A stretch of DNA of 64,000 bases from Bdellovibrionales bacterium (lineage in GTDB: Bacteria > Bdellovibrionota > Bdellovibrionia > Bdellovibrionales > DASUEL01): contig JBFWOZ010000008.1 of assembly GCA_050250255.1 (NCBI GenBank), positions 24,516 to 88,515 of the forward strand, given 5' to 3'. Position numbers and translations under genes: made by a program. Positions 19,915 through 28,699 of the stretch are shown piece after piece. Under the pieces are notes generated by a model. The model was not told where the DNA came from and searched no databases. It saw only the letters and a list, made by a program, of their open reading frames with translations. Numbering within the stretch: position 1 is the stretch's first letter; every line of letters begins with the position of its first letter.

Positions 19915-20586
19915 GTGTCTGACTTAGAGTGTGTTGAATACATTCATTCTCACCAACCAAAAGCCAACATCGTTTTCTTCCATGGATACGGAGCCGACAT
20001 GAACGATCTGGCTCCCCTCGCCGGAGTCATTGATCCAAAGGGAGAATACAATTGGTATTTCCCTAACGGTTCACTTGATGTCCCTATCGGGCCGGGCTTT
20101 TTTGGGAAAGCTTGGTTTAATATCAACATTGCTGAGTTTGATGAGGCTGTACGCACTGGACGACATAGAGATATGTCAGCACGAAGACCTAAGGGACTGG
20201 ATGAGGCATTCCAACTCGCCTCTACTTTTTTAGATAGCCGAAAACTGAGTAATGCACCTTTGATCTTAGGGGGTTTCAGCCAAGGGGCTATGCTCGCAAC
20301 CGAAATCACTTTGATGATGAAAGAGACGCCGAAGGCTTTAGTCATTTTATCCGGCGCTCTACTGGATGCAAAAAACTGGAAGTCAAAAATGGCCGCAAAA
20401 AAAGGAATGAAGTTTTTTGCGTCTCACGGCACTAACGATCCTATTTTAAGTTATGAAGGTGCACAGGATCTTGTAAAAGCTTTGACGGAAAGCGGTTGGG
20501 ATGGGCATCTGGAAACATTTCGTGGAGGACACGAAATCCCCCAAAACGTTTTGCAAAATTTAGTTTATTTCTTAAGAGGTCTTTAG
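19915..20586 (+). CDS. phospholipase/carboxylesterase (alpha/beta hydrolase)
   Basis: FHGYGAD, GGFSQGAM, HGTNDP, GGHEI. Confidence 0.9.
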   Translation: MSDLECVEYIHSHQPKANIVFFHGYGADMNDLAPLAGVIDPKGEYNWYFPNGSLDVPIGPGFFGKAWFNINIAEFDEAVRTGRHRDMSARRPKGLDEAFQLASTFLDSRKLSNAPLILGGFSQGAMLATEITLMMKETPKALVILSGALLDAKNWKSKMAAKKGMKFFASHGTNDPILSYEGAQDLVKALTESGWDGHLETFRGGHEIPQNVLQNLVYFLRGL

Positions 20587-21237
20587 TTTCTTTTGCTCCG
20601 CACGAGCTTTCAACCACGTAAAAACCATAGGTAGCATCGACACGATAATGATTCCGAAGATCACGATGTGGAAATTTCTTTTCACTTCAGGAATATTTCC
20701 AAACATGTATCCCGCGACAAGAAAAATCCCGACCCACAACACGGCACCAATAATGTTGTACACGAGGAATCTCGTGTAGTTCATGCGCGCCACTCCCGCC
20801 ACGAAAGGCGAAAAGGTACGAACGATTGGCATGAAGCGAGTGACGATAATCGTGAGGGCTCCGTGCTTGTCATAGAATTTTTGAGTTTTAAGAAGATGTT
20901 GCTTATTTAAAAGCCAAGTAGATTTTCTTTCAAACACTTTGGGACCAAGCCATTTTCCAATAGCATAATTCACCGTATTGCCAAGGACACCAGCAACTAC
21001 GAGGAGCACAAACATGAGGGGAAGGCTTAACTCACTTCCCTCGAGCGTGATCACAGCACCTACTGCGAATAGCAGCGAATCTCCAGGGAGAAAGGGTGTA
21101 ACGACCAGGCCCGTTTCTGCAAATATAATTAGGAATAAAATGAGGTAGGTCCACAGGCCAAAATAAAGCGTGAGTTTTACGAGGTGAACATCAAGATGCA
21201 ACATTACGTCGATAAAATAAAGTAGGTAATCCATCAT
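20572..21237 (-). CDS. dedA: DedA family membrane protein
   Basis: FAETGLVVTPFLPGDSLLF, RFMPIVRTF.PFVAG; likely start at ATG 21237 or 21234. Confidence 0.9.
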   Translation of the reverse strand: MMDYLLYFIDVMLHLDVHLVKLTLYFGLWTYLILFLIIFAETGLVVTPFLPGDSLLFAVGAVITLEGSELSLPLMFVLLVVAGVLGNTVNYAIGKWLGPKVFERKSTWLLNKQHLLKTQKFYDKHGALTIIVTRFMPIVRTFSPFVAGVARMNYTRFLVYNIIGAVLWVGIFLVAGYMFGNIPEVKRNFHIVIFGIIIVSMLPMVFTWLKARAEQKKLKTS

Positions 21238-21324
21238 GGACTTATCATCGTCGCGTACCTGAGAAGTTGCAAATAAAATATTTGGTAAGTTGACATGTCT
21301 GTAGAGAAATAACAGCCTCATAAT

Positions 21325-21645
21325 ATGAAGATATTAACTTGGCTGATGTTTACATGCTTGGTAGCACAATCCGAAGTTGATAAAGTATTTGTTGGTACAT
21401 TCTCTAAAATTGAGTGGGGCGATTACAACCATATTGTTCTTATAGATAAAGCTGGCAAAAACGTGAGTTTTTGGTGTGGCATGATGCAGGGGCAAGCACT
21501 CAATTGTAATGAAATCGAATCGCATTCAAATAAATATGCCGGAAAGAAAATGAAAATAACTTATAAAACCATTAAAAGTTATGTACCAGAAGCTAAAGAA
21601 AATATCACAAAACAAGAAACTACTAAAATAGAACTTCTTAAGTAA
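21325..21645 (+). CDS. small AT-rich hypothetical exported protein
   Basis: 106-aa ORF, hydrophobic N-terminus, lower GC than neighbours, converges on the HNH gene. Confidence 0.65.
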   Translation: MKILTWLMFTCLVAQSEVDKVFVGTFSKIEWGDYNHIVLIDKAGKNVSFWCGMMQGQALNCNEIESHSNKYAGKKMKITYKTIKSYVPEAKENITKQETTKIELLK

Positions 21646-21688
21646 TTCATTATGCTAAAGCAACCTTGAATGAACCTAAAACGCATAA

Positions 21689-22492
21689 TCAATGCGTATG
21701 CGTCAGCCGATGGTGCCCCGAACAAAGCGTCGTAAGATTCTCTAAAGCATCATTTCCACCTTTATTACGAGGAATAATGTGATGGGTGTCGAGCCACCTC
21801 CGCTCCTCGCACCTTTGTCCCATTGAGTCGCGGTGAGTGCACTGACCGCGATCTCTCAAAATCACCTGTCGCGCGACAGGGAAATTGGCCCGATGCTGTA
21901 ATTTCTCGGCTTTTCTCACTGGATCTTTTTGCTCTAAGTAGATATTGAGCAAAGCTTCAAGCGTATCTTCAAGACTCGCATGTTTTTGTTGGCGTTGAGA
22001 TTCCAACTCTTGGGCTCGTTTGAGTTTTTGATGAAGCTCTTTAGAAATGCCCATTTGCAGGTTGAGTCTTTCTTCACTTACAAACTTCACCCGCTCAGGA
22101 GTCGACTCTTGAGGGCAAATTGTAGCAACTTGCTGTTCAAGTTTTTTCTGCGGCAGCTCAATGGCCATCTTGAGCCACTCCTCCTGATTCGTAGGAGTCA
22201 AAACCGGCGTGATCTTTCTTGCCTTCGAAACGCTGAGCGTACCTGATTGAATCGCTCGCTTCAGCTCAGGCACTTCCTTGGCTTTTCTCGCTACGGTGAT
22301 AAAATTGTAAGCCGTACTTTCACTCAACTTCAACACATTCACCGTATAGTCATAGAGACTTTTGCATTCGAATTTTAAATACACCCGGCCATCATCGATT
22401 TGCTGGAGAACTTCAATCACATCTGATTCCGCCTTTTTGAATCGCCCCGCTACAGCCAAAGCTTTTTGATGAATTTCCATATACTTCGTCAT
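21689..22492 (-). CDS. HNH endonuclease with long helical N-terminal domain (copy 1)
   Basis: RD.GQC...C....DTHHIIP...GG.D..ENLTTLCSGHH; AAGGAG RBS; colinear paralog at 61636..62439. Confidence 0.9.
   Translation of the reverse strand: MTKYMEIHQKALAVAGRFKKAESDVIEVLQQIDDGRVYLKFECKSLYDYTVNVLKLSESTAYNFITVARKAKEVPELKRAIQSGTLSVSKARKITPVLTPTNQEEWLKMAIELPQKKLEQQVATICPQESTPERVKFVSEERLNLQMGISKELHQKLKRAQELESQRQQKHASLEDTLEALLNIYLEQKDPVRKAEKLQHRANFPVARQVILRDRGQCTHRDSMGQRCEERRWLDTHHIIPRNKGGNDALENLTTLCSGHHRLTHTH
21865..21880. repeat. 16-bp perfect palindrome inside the HNH gene
   Basis: CCTGTCGCGCGACAGG; identical copy at 22750-22765. Confidence 0.95.
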
Positions 22493-22740
22493 GCTTATCT
22501 CCTTTTCGCTAAAAGTTGCATGACCATAACATAGATTTTTCTGAGCACATTTATGAAGAGCGAAGAATGGTTTTTAAAATGCATTTAAACTTTCATAAAT
22601 GCTCTCGGTCAAATTGATTTTATAAATTCAAAAATCGAAAATATTTTTTCATGTACGTGACAAGTATTCAACTTTAAGATTTAAGAAAATGTGTCAATGT
22701 TTTCTTCATATTTATTTGATTAGATATATTTGAACTACAC
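22493..22740 (-). promoter_or_regulatory. AT-rich upstream region conserved with HNH copy 2
   Basis: Shared blocks GACCATAACA (minus strand TGTTATGGTC, extended -10-like), TTTTTAAAANNNATTTAAAC, TTCATATTTATTT, CTACAC. Confidence 0.65.
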
Positions 22741-22749
22741 GGCCGCAAG

Positions 22750-22765
22750 CCTGTCGCGCGACAGG
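22750..22765. repeat. 16-bp perfect palindrome, extragenic copy
   Basis: CCTGTCGCGCGACAGG, identical to 21865-21880. Confidence 0.95.
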
Positions 22766-22786
22766 TAATTTCAACAAGTCTCTGTC

Positions 22787-22806
22787 TTTCATGACGAATG
22801 ATCGCT
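22787..22806 (+). repeat. 20-nt motif, copy 1
   Basis: TTTCATGACGAATGATCGCT; 16/20 identical to 23388-23407. Confidence 0.65.
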
Positions 22807-22871
22807 GCTAAAATTACGTTTATTGACAGCTTTGATTCGACAACCATAGACTATGGCTAAAGGATAATTTT

Positions 22872-23327
22872 ATGAGAAACCTCTTCCTCTGTTGTTTTTT
22901 TCTAGCGGGCTGCACAACTTCTTTCAAACGAGAAGGCTACAGCATTAGCTCGTACCAAGCTGATCCTCAGCAGTGCAAAGTGGCTATACGGTATCAAGCC
23001 AAACCTGAAGAAAAAGCTGGAAAGCTTTTAGGAACAATTTCGGCAAGTGAACCCGGATTAGGAACCACTTGTGATCATGAATATGTCGTCCTTCAGTTCC
23101 TGAAAGATGCCTGCGAGATAAAAGCGGACTTAATCAATATCATCGAAGAAAAGTTTCCAGACCATATTAGCACTTGTTATCGTGCAAAGGCCGAATTGAT
23201 TGCTGTGAACTCTAAACGCTTACTAAGAACTGATGCCAGATATTATCCAGACAAAATACGTAAAAATACCAAGAAGCTTGGCCAAATATTTACTGAGCAG
23301 TTTAAAGCTCAATGGAACAATGAGTAG
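22872..23327 (+). CDS. hypothetical lipoprotein
   Basis: AAGGA RBS; lipobox LAGC; Cys-containing domain (C...ADLINI.EE...STCYRAKA). Confidence 0.75.
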   Translation: MRNLFLCCFFLAGCTTSFKREGYSISSYQADPQQCKVAIRYQAKPEEKAGKLLGTISASEPGLGTTCDHEYVVLQFLKDACEIKADLINIIEEKFPDHISTCYRAKAELIAVNSKRLLRTDARYYPDKIRKNTKKLGQIFTEQFKAQWNNE

Positions 23328-23387
23328 TTGTTGCTGAAATATTCCTAGCCGAAAGCGCTGATCACAGCAACAGCATTTCAGGGAGCA

Positions 23388-23407
23388 TTTCGTGACAAAT
23401 AATGGCT
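23388..23407 (+). repeat. 20-nt motif, copy 2
   Basis: TTTCGTGACAAATAATGGCT; AGCATTTCRTGACAAATA (17/18) is shared with 24020-24037. Confidence 0.75.
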
Positions 23408-23550
23408 AAACGTTATACTTTTTTTGTTACTTCTGATGAGCTCTGCCGGGTGAAATATCCCTCAAATTCAAATAAACTAACAAGCAGTTGTCTTTTCTCA
23501 GGTCTGTCTCTTGCACTTACGTCTACTACTTATCAAAACAGGAGAATCAA

Positions 23551-23820
23551 ATGAAACTTTCGCTTATTGGAATGCTGGTTTTGTCTTTTAGCACCATGGC
23601 TTCTGCTGATAGTTTTTCTGACAATTGCGACAGCATGCGAGAGCATGCAGTTATTCTATCCACCAATCTTCAAGCGATTAGCAAAAATGAATTAAATATT
23701 GCGCTTGAAGCTGCAAAAGAAGGTAAGCAAATTGATTTGAAGTCTTCTAATGAAGGCATTATAAATATTGCAGATACTATCGATAGACTAAACTACAAAA
23801 TCAATCAGCAGTGCAAATAG
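23551..23820 (+). CDS. small secreted hypothetical protein
   Basis: AGGAGA RBS; signal peptide MKLSLIGMLVLSFSTMASA; two Cys. Confidence 0.75.
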   Translation: MKLSLIGMLVLSFSTMASADSFSDNCDSMREHAVILSTNLQAISKNELNIALEAAKEGKQIDLKSSNEGIINIADTIDRLNYKINQQCK

Positions 23821-23877
23821 CTACCAACTACATACCTGAGCAAGCAACGACCGCAATACCACGAAATTCCATAGGAA

Positions 23878-23893
23878 CCTGTCGCACAACAGG
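23878..23893. repeat. degenerate copy of the 16-bp palindrome
   Basis: CCTGTCGCACAACAGG (14/16), followed by TAA as at 22766. Confidence 0.8.
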
Positions 23894-24023
23894 TAAATAG
23901 AAGCCAACAAATATTTTTAGTGAATCAATGATTAGATAACGACCCAAGTATGTTTATCGTGGATAGCTAGCTTGCTTCTGAAACTTTCATACCTGCTCGC
24001 CTACTAACTGCAATCCCACAGCA

Positions 24024-24042
24024 TTTCATGACAAATATTGCT
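24024..24042 (+). repeat. motif copy 3
   Basis: TTTCATGACAAATATTGCT. Confidence 0.75.
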
Positions 24043-24145
24043 CTCGGGTTGGCAAACTAATAATTTATTGGAGTCTGAAATTTGCAATAGATGATTCAGA
24101 GTCCATTAGACATTGGTTCAAATCGTATTTAAGAGGAGGCTATTT

Positions 24146-24460
24146 ATGAAGAGCACAATTATTGTCACTTTCATCGCATTTTTAGGATTGATTTCAAATG
24201 CCCACGCCCAAAGCGGGACCGCCAAAGTGTGCGGTAAGGTAAGCCGAATTACCACTGAAGACATCGGTTCTTCTGACATTGAAATTAAGAATGCGAATGG
24301 GACTATAGAAGTCGTACGACTATCTACAAATGCCCATAAGCTTTATCCTAGTTTTTTTCTTGCACAAACTGCTTTTATTTCTAAAGCAAATGTATGTGCC
24401 GATGTGGAGTGGGGAACAAGCCTGATTAAGAATGTCTATTCTATGACAATTTCGAATTAA
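24146..24460 (+). CDS. small secreted hypothetical protein
   Basis: GAGGAGG RBS; signal peptide ending AHA; two Cys. Confidence 0.75.
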   Translation: MKSTIIVTFIAFLGLISNAHAQSGTAKVCGKVSRITTEDIGSSDIEIKNANGTIEVVRLSTNAHKLYPSFFLAQTAFISKANVCADVEWGTSLIKNVYSMTISN

Positions 24461-24461
24461 G

Positions 24462-24843
24462 TTAGCTCGCCTTGGAAACAAACGGGCTGCTGAGTGTTAC
24501 ACACATGAACACATACACAGGCAAGCCCTTGTGCCCCTCGATCTTCCATTCTTTCGAAGTCATCTTCAGAGAAGAAATTGCGCTTGAAGCAGTCAAGTGT
24601 TGGTAAACATTCTCAGAGACCGCAACCTCATGAGCATCGGCAAAAGCTTGTAATTTAGAAGCTAAGTTCACGGAGTTTCCAAAGTAATCCATACCGTGAT
24701 TGAGATTCACCGCAATCACCGATCCGACGTGCATTGAAATTCTTAATCGTAAGGGCGTATCCAGATTATTCTGAGCAAAGCTTTTTTTTGGATTTCAACA
24801 GCAGCTTCGAAAGCATCATCGATGGATCCAAAAGCGCCCGTCA
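24462..24843 (-). pseudogene. class III adenylate/guanylate cyclase C-terminal remnant
   Basis: LRLRISMHVGSVIAVNLNHGMDYFGNSVNLASKLQ; upstream AF..DDAFEAAVEIQ is out of frame across an A8 tract (24782-24789); N-terminal part absent. Confidence 0.75.
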
Positions 24844-24899
24844 CTTAAGAATTCTTCGGATTTTTTAAGGGCCTCACCAAGTCTAGATCGACCTTCGCC

Positions 24900-25781
24900 C
24901 TAGGTCTTTACAACAGAAGTTTCGGTGCGCACTACGCCATAAGCCGAAGCGATAATGAGAAGCGCCCCGCCCCACTGAGTAAGGCTTAAGCGGTCACCTA
25001 GAATCGCAAACGCAAAGAGAGCTGCGAAAGGAGATTCGAGAAGAAACAGGAGGCTCGCAAGTGACGAAGATAAAACTTTTTGCGCACGAATCTGAAGCAT
25101 AAACGCAAGAATTGTACTTCCAAAAATCAGCCACGCGAGTCCAAAAAGACCGACATTGGACCACGGCCATCGCCACTCTTCTGGAAAAACAAAAAGCAAA
25201 ACAGCCGGAAGCCACATCGCCCAAAAACTTTGATAAGTATTAAAGGCCACCGAAGAATCAATACGGTTGGAAACTTGTCCCACGAAGAGGATATGCATAG
25301 TCGCACCCAGAGAACATCCGAGCGTGAGCAAATCTCCTAAGTTCCAATCCCCAGCGTGGAAATTACAAATGAGCGCCGTACCTACAAGCGCAATCAGCAC
25401 GTACACGTAATGACTAAAAATAATTTTTCGACGGTAGAAAAAACGCTCCATCAACGGAACAAACACGATATAAAGAGTCGTAATGAAACTGCTCTTCGTA
25501 GCGGTTGTGTATTGCAATCCCCAGGTTTGTAAAACCATGAGAAGACCGAGCATCATGCCCGGCCAAAAAGACAAAGTTAAAATTTTACGATGATTGGTAT
25601 TTTTAAGTGACGGAATGAGAAAGAAAAATGGCAGAGTCGCAACAATCGCAACTACAAACCGAACCACCGCCATGGTCAGCGGACCCATGTCCCTTAGAGC
25701 AAAAACGGTGGCAATAAAACCAAAACCCCAGATGGCGCCAGCGAAAATCAATTCGCCGACGGCACGACGCTCACTGATCAT
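24900..25781 (-). CDS. EamA/DMT family transporter
   Basis: IWGFGF, QTWGLQYTTATKSSFIT, GDLLTL, LESPFAALFA; about 10 TM segments. Confidence 0.9.
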   Translation of the reverse strand: MISERRAVGELIFAGAIWGFGFIATVFALRDMGPLTMAVVRFVVAIVATLPFFFLIPSLKNTNHRKILTLSFWPGMMLGLLMVLQTWGLQYTTATKSSFITTLYIVFVPLMERFFYRRKIIFSHYVYVLIALVGTALICNFHAGDWNLGDLLTLGCSLGATMHILFVGQVSNRIDSSVAFNTYQSFWAMWLPAVLLFVFPEEWRWPWSNVGLFGLAWLIFGSTILAFMLQIRAQKVLSSSLASLLFLLESPFAALFAFAILGDRLSLTQWGGALLIIASAYGVVRTETSVVKT

Positions 25782-27661
25782 TACGAAATACGTTCAGATC
25801 TACGTACGCCACGTAAGTTTTGAGCAAGAACCTTTTTACGAATACGGATGCTCTCAGGAGTTACTTCAATCCATTCGTCTTCTTCAATCCAATCGATACA
25901 ATCTTCAAGAGACATGTTTTTAGTACCCGCAAGAGTCACAAGAATCTCCGCACCTGATGCACGAACGTTCGTGAGTTTTTTCTCACGGCAAACGTTCACG
26001 TTCAGCTCGTTTTCTTTATTCGATTCACCCACGATCATTCCTTCGTAAACAGGAACGCCTGGTCCAAAAAAGAAAATGCCTCGATCTTCTAAACCAAGAA
26101 GAGCGTATTCCATCGTTTCCCCTTCACGGTCCGAAATAATCGCACCGGAAGTTCTGTTAGGAATATCTCCTTTATGAGGAACGTAATCTAAAAATTGAGA
26201 GCTAAAAAGTCCCGCACCACGAGTTGCAGTGAGGTATTTTGAACGAATCCCGAGTAGCCCACGTGTTGGAATATCAAATTCCAAACGAACGCGACCACCA
26301 ATAGCTCCTGGCTCCGAACGGGTTTCATATTTGGTCATGATCCCTTTTCGGCCTTGGAACATCTGCGTGACTTCGCCCGCATGAAGCTCTGGAAGATCAA
26401 GAACCGCTCGCTCCAGAGGTTCTAAACGACCTTCAGCGCCGCCATCTTTATAAAGAACGATGGGTTTACCCACCATGAACTCCATACCTTCACGTCGCAT
26501 TTGTTCGATCAGAATCGCAAACTGCAATTCGCCTCGACCGAGTACACGGAACTGATCTGGCAATTCTGTTGGTTCAAATCTGAGAGCCACGTTATGACGA
26601 ACTTCTTTTAAGAGGCGATCGCGTAATTTTCGAGACTGCACAGCCTCCCCTTCTCGACCCGAGAAAGGAGATGTATTGACCGAGAAAATCATTGCAAGAG
26701 TTGGTTTTTCAACCAAGATGCGTTTTACAGTTGGAGTGGCTTCTGAACCGACCACCGTGTCGCCAATTTCAAAACCTTCCACGCCCGCAAGAACGCCGAT
26801 GTCTCCTGCTTCTAATTTTTCTACTTCAACTTGTTTAAGACCGTCGTAGGTAAAAACTTTGGTCACGTTAAAGCTGTCCGTTTTAGGATTGCCAGCGTCG
26901 TCAACTCCACGGCGCCAAGCCTTTTGATTTTTCTGAATTTCTCCAGAGTTCACACGGCCAATCGCTAAACGACCCACGTAATCAGAGTAAGAGAGATTAG
27001 AAACCAACATTTGGAAATCTTGATTCTCTACAATTTTTGGAGGAGGCATATACTCTAAGAGCATCTTAAAGAGCGGCTGCAAAGACCCTTTTTTTGCTCC
27101 ACTGATCAAATCCGGCACTTCATCAAAATTGGTTGTACACCAGCCATCACGACCGCAAGCGTAGATGATGGGGAATTCTGCTTGCTCGTCGGAAGCTCCG
27201 AGTTCTACGAAAAGATCAAAGGTTTGGTTGACCACTTCTTGAACGCGAGTTCCATCCTTGCATTCAGGACGATCCACTTTGTTGATGAAAAGAATAATTT
27301 TGTGATTGTACGCGAGCGCTTTTTGAAGCACGAAGCGCGTTTGCGGCAAAGGACCTTCGGCGGCATCAACAAGAAGAACTGCGCCATCGACCATTCCGAG
27401 AATACGTTCTACTTCACCACCGAAATCGGCGTGTCCCGGAGTATCCACGATGTTCACTTTCGTATCGCCGAGGCGAATAGAAGTATTTTTCGCCATGATC
27501 GTGATTCCACGTTCACGTTCAAGATCCATGGAGTCCATCATTCTCTCACCAACAGTTTGATGTTGTTGAAAGGTTCCAGCCTGGCTCAGCAGTCCGTCGA
27601 CGAGCGTTGTTTTGCCATGATCCACGTGAGCGATAATACAGATATTTCGAATTTTTGACAT
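25781..27661 (-). CDS. typA: translational GTPase TypA/BipA
   Basis: RNICIIAHVDHGKTTLVD, DTPGHADFGGEVER, GRGELQ, PTRGLLG, VYEGMIVG, EVTPESIRIRK. Confidence 0.97.
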   Translation of the reverse strand: MSKIRNICIIAHVDHGKTTLVDGLLSQAGTFQQHQTVGERMMDSMDLERERGITIMAKNTSIRLGDTKVNIVDTPGHADFGGEVERILGMVDGAVLLVDAAEGPLPQTRFVLQKALAYNHKIILFINKVDRPECKDGTRVQEVVNQTFDLFVELGASDEQAEFPIIYACGRDGWCTTNFDEVPDLISGAKKGSLQPLFKMLLEYMPPPKIVENQDFQMLVSNLSYSDYVGRLAIGRVNSGEIQKNQKAWRRGVDDAGNPKTDSFNVTKVFTYDGLKQVEVEKLEAGDIGVLAGVEGFEIGDTVVGSEATPTVKRILVEKPTLAMIFSVNTSPFSGREGEAVQSRKLRDRLLKEVRHNVALRFEPTELPDQFRVLGRGELQFAILIEQMRREGMEFMVGKPIVLYKDGGAEGRLEPLERAVLDLPELHAGEVTQMFQGRKGIMTKYETRSEPGAIGGRVRLEFDIPTRGLLGIRSKYLTATRGAGLFSSQFLDYVPHKGDIPNRTSGAIISDREGETMEYALLGLEDRGIFFFGPGVPVYEGMIVGESNKENELNVNVCREKKLTNVRASGAEILVTLAGTKNMSLEDCIDWIEEDEWIEVTPESIRIRKKVLAQNLRGVRRSERIS

Positions 27662-27697
27662 ACAGAGCCTATCCTAAATTTAGGGGTTTGAAGGAGA

Positions 27698-28558
27698 CTA
27701 CCCGAGTCCGAACGGAGGAACAATAAAAATCCTCTCATGATACTCTTTCGGGATACGATCAAAAATAACGTTTCGGGCCTGAGCCGCCGTATAGCGCCTT
27801 GAAAGGTGCATGATCCCGATATGACGACACTCTAAATCCTTTAATCGCGTTAGAAGCTCGTCCAAATGCAAATGACCCCACTCCCGCGCTTTTTCCACAG
27901 GTTTTCTCTCATCTATGTAGGTGACTTCGAGAAAAAGAATCTGAGAACGTTTGACCCAATCCGCACGATCTAGAAACTCAATTTGAGTGTCCCCTGTAAA
28001 ACTCACAAGAGGTTCATGGAGATGATTCTGTATGCTCTGCCCCTGCGCCTTCAAATCCACGATCTCACGAGGCGAAAGCTGAAGAAATTCTGGTTTTAAC
28101 TTTTTGGTCTCTCGAAAGAGAGTATAGCCCTGGGAATGAATTCGATGAACCGTAGGGAATGGAACGACGGAGTATTGAGCGTTGATTTCAATCTTTTCCT
28201 CTGGTTTCACAGCCACGAATCGATAATTGTATTCATGATTCTCAAGCTCCATCCATGTTTTCATGATGTAGTGGAGTGGCTCGACCATATACTCGGGCAT
28301 GTAAAACGTGGGTGCCCGGTGATTATTCATAGCTTTTTGGGAAATCAGATAAGGAATTCCCGCTGCGTGATCCATATGTCCATGAGTGATGAAAAAGCGG
28401 GAGCAGTTGACGGCGGGAGGAAGGCCTTGGGCGACATCAAAAACGAGGTCCAGTTCAGGCAAAACAATGCAGGTTCCCACGCCCGCAACAGAACCTCCGA
28501 CAAATTGAAAAGTGCCCAGCTGCCAAGGTCTAAAAATTTCTCTATTCCAAATCGGCAC
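27698..28558 (-). CDS. metallo-beta-lactamase-fold hydrolase, RNase Z-like
   Basis: THGHMDH, HRIHSQGY...KKLKPEF arm, TGDT, LEVTY, GHLH, HLSRRY. Confidence 0.75.
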   Translation of the reverse strand: MPIWNREIFRPWQLGTFQFVGGSVAGVGTCIVLPELDLVFDVAQGLPPAVNCSRFFITHGHMDHAAGIPYLISQKAMNNHRAPTFYMPEYMVEPLHYIMKTWMELENHEYNYRFVAVKPEEKIEINAQYSVVPFPTVHRIHSQGYTLFRETKKLKPEFLQLSPREIVDLKAQGQSIQNHLHEPLVSFTGDTQIEFLDRADWVKRSQILFLEVTYIDERKPVEKAREWGHLHLDELLTRLKDLECRHIGIMHLSRRYTAAQARNVIFDRIPKEYHERIFIVPPFGLG

Positions 28559-28699
28559 GTCCTGTACATAGTCTAGCTAAGGGTTCGAAACAAGATCAAA
28601 TTCTGTCTGACTCAGCGAATCTTAATGGACTCTCGTGGAGCCGACCCTTAAGCTTTTATTTCAGCCGCTAAGTTAGGTGATGCATCAAGGAAAAACGTT

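Noticed and set aside
21689..22492. IscB/Cas9-like or group II intron nuclease
   Set aside because: No RuvC motifs, PLMP N-terminus or reverse transcriptase; only a C-terminal HNH in 267 aa.
22750..24460. CRISPR array or integron
   Set aside because: Repeats are short, few and irregularly spaced around full genes; no cas gene, tyrosine integrase or attC-like GTTRRRY-bounded hairpin was seen.
24782..24789. Phase-variable A8 switch for the cyclase
   Set aside because: The 5' half of the gene is missing, so restoring the frame would not give an enzyme.
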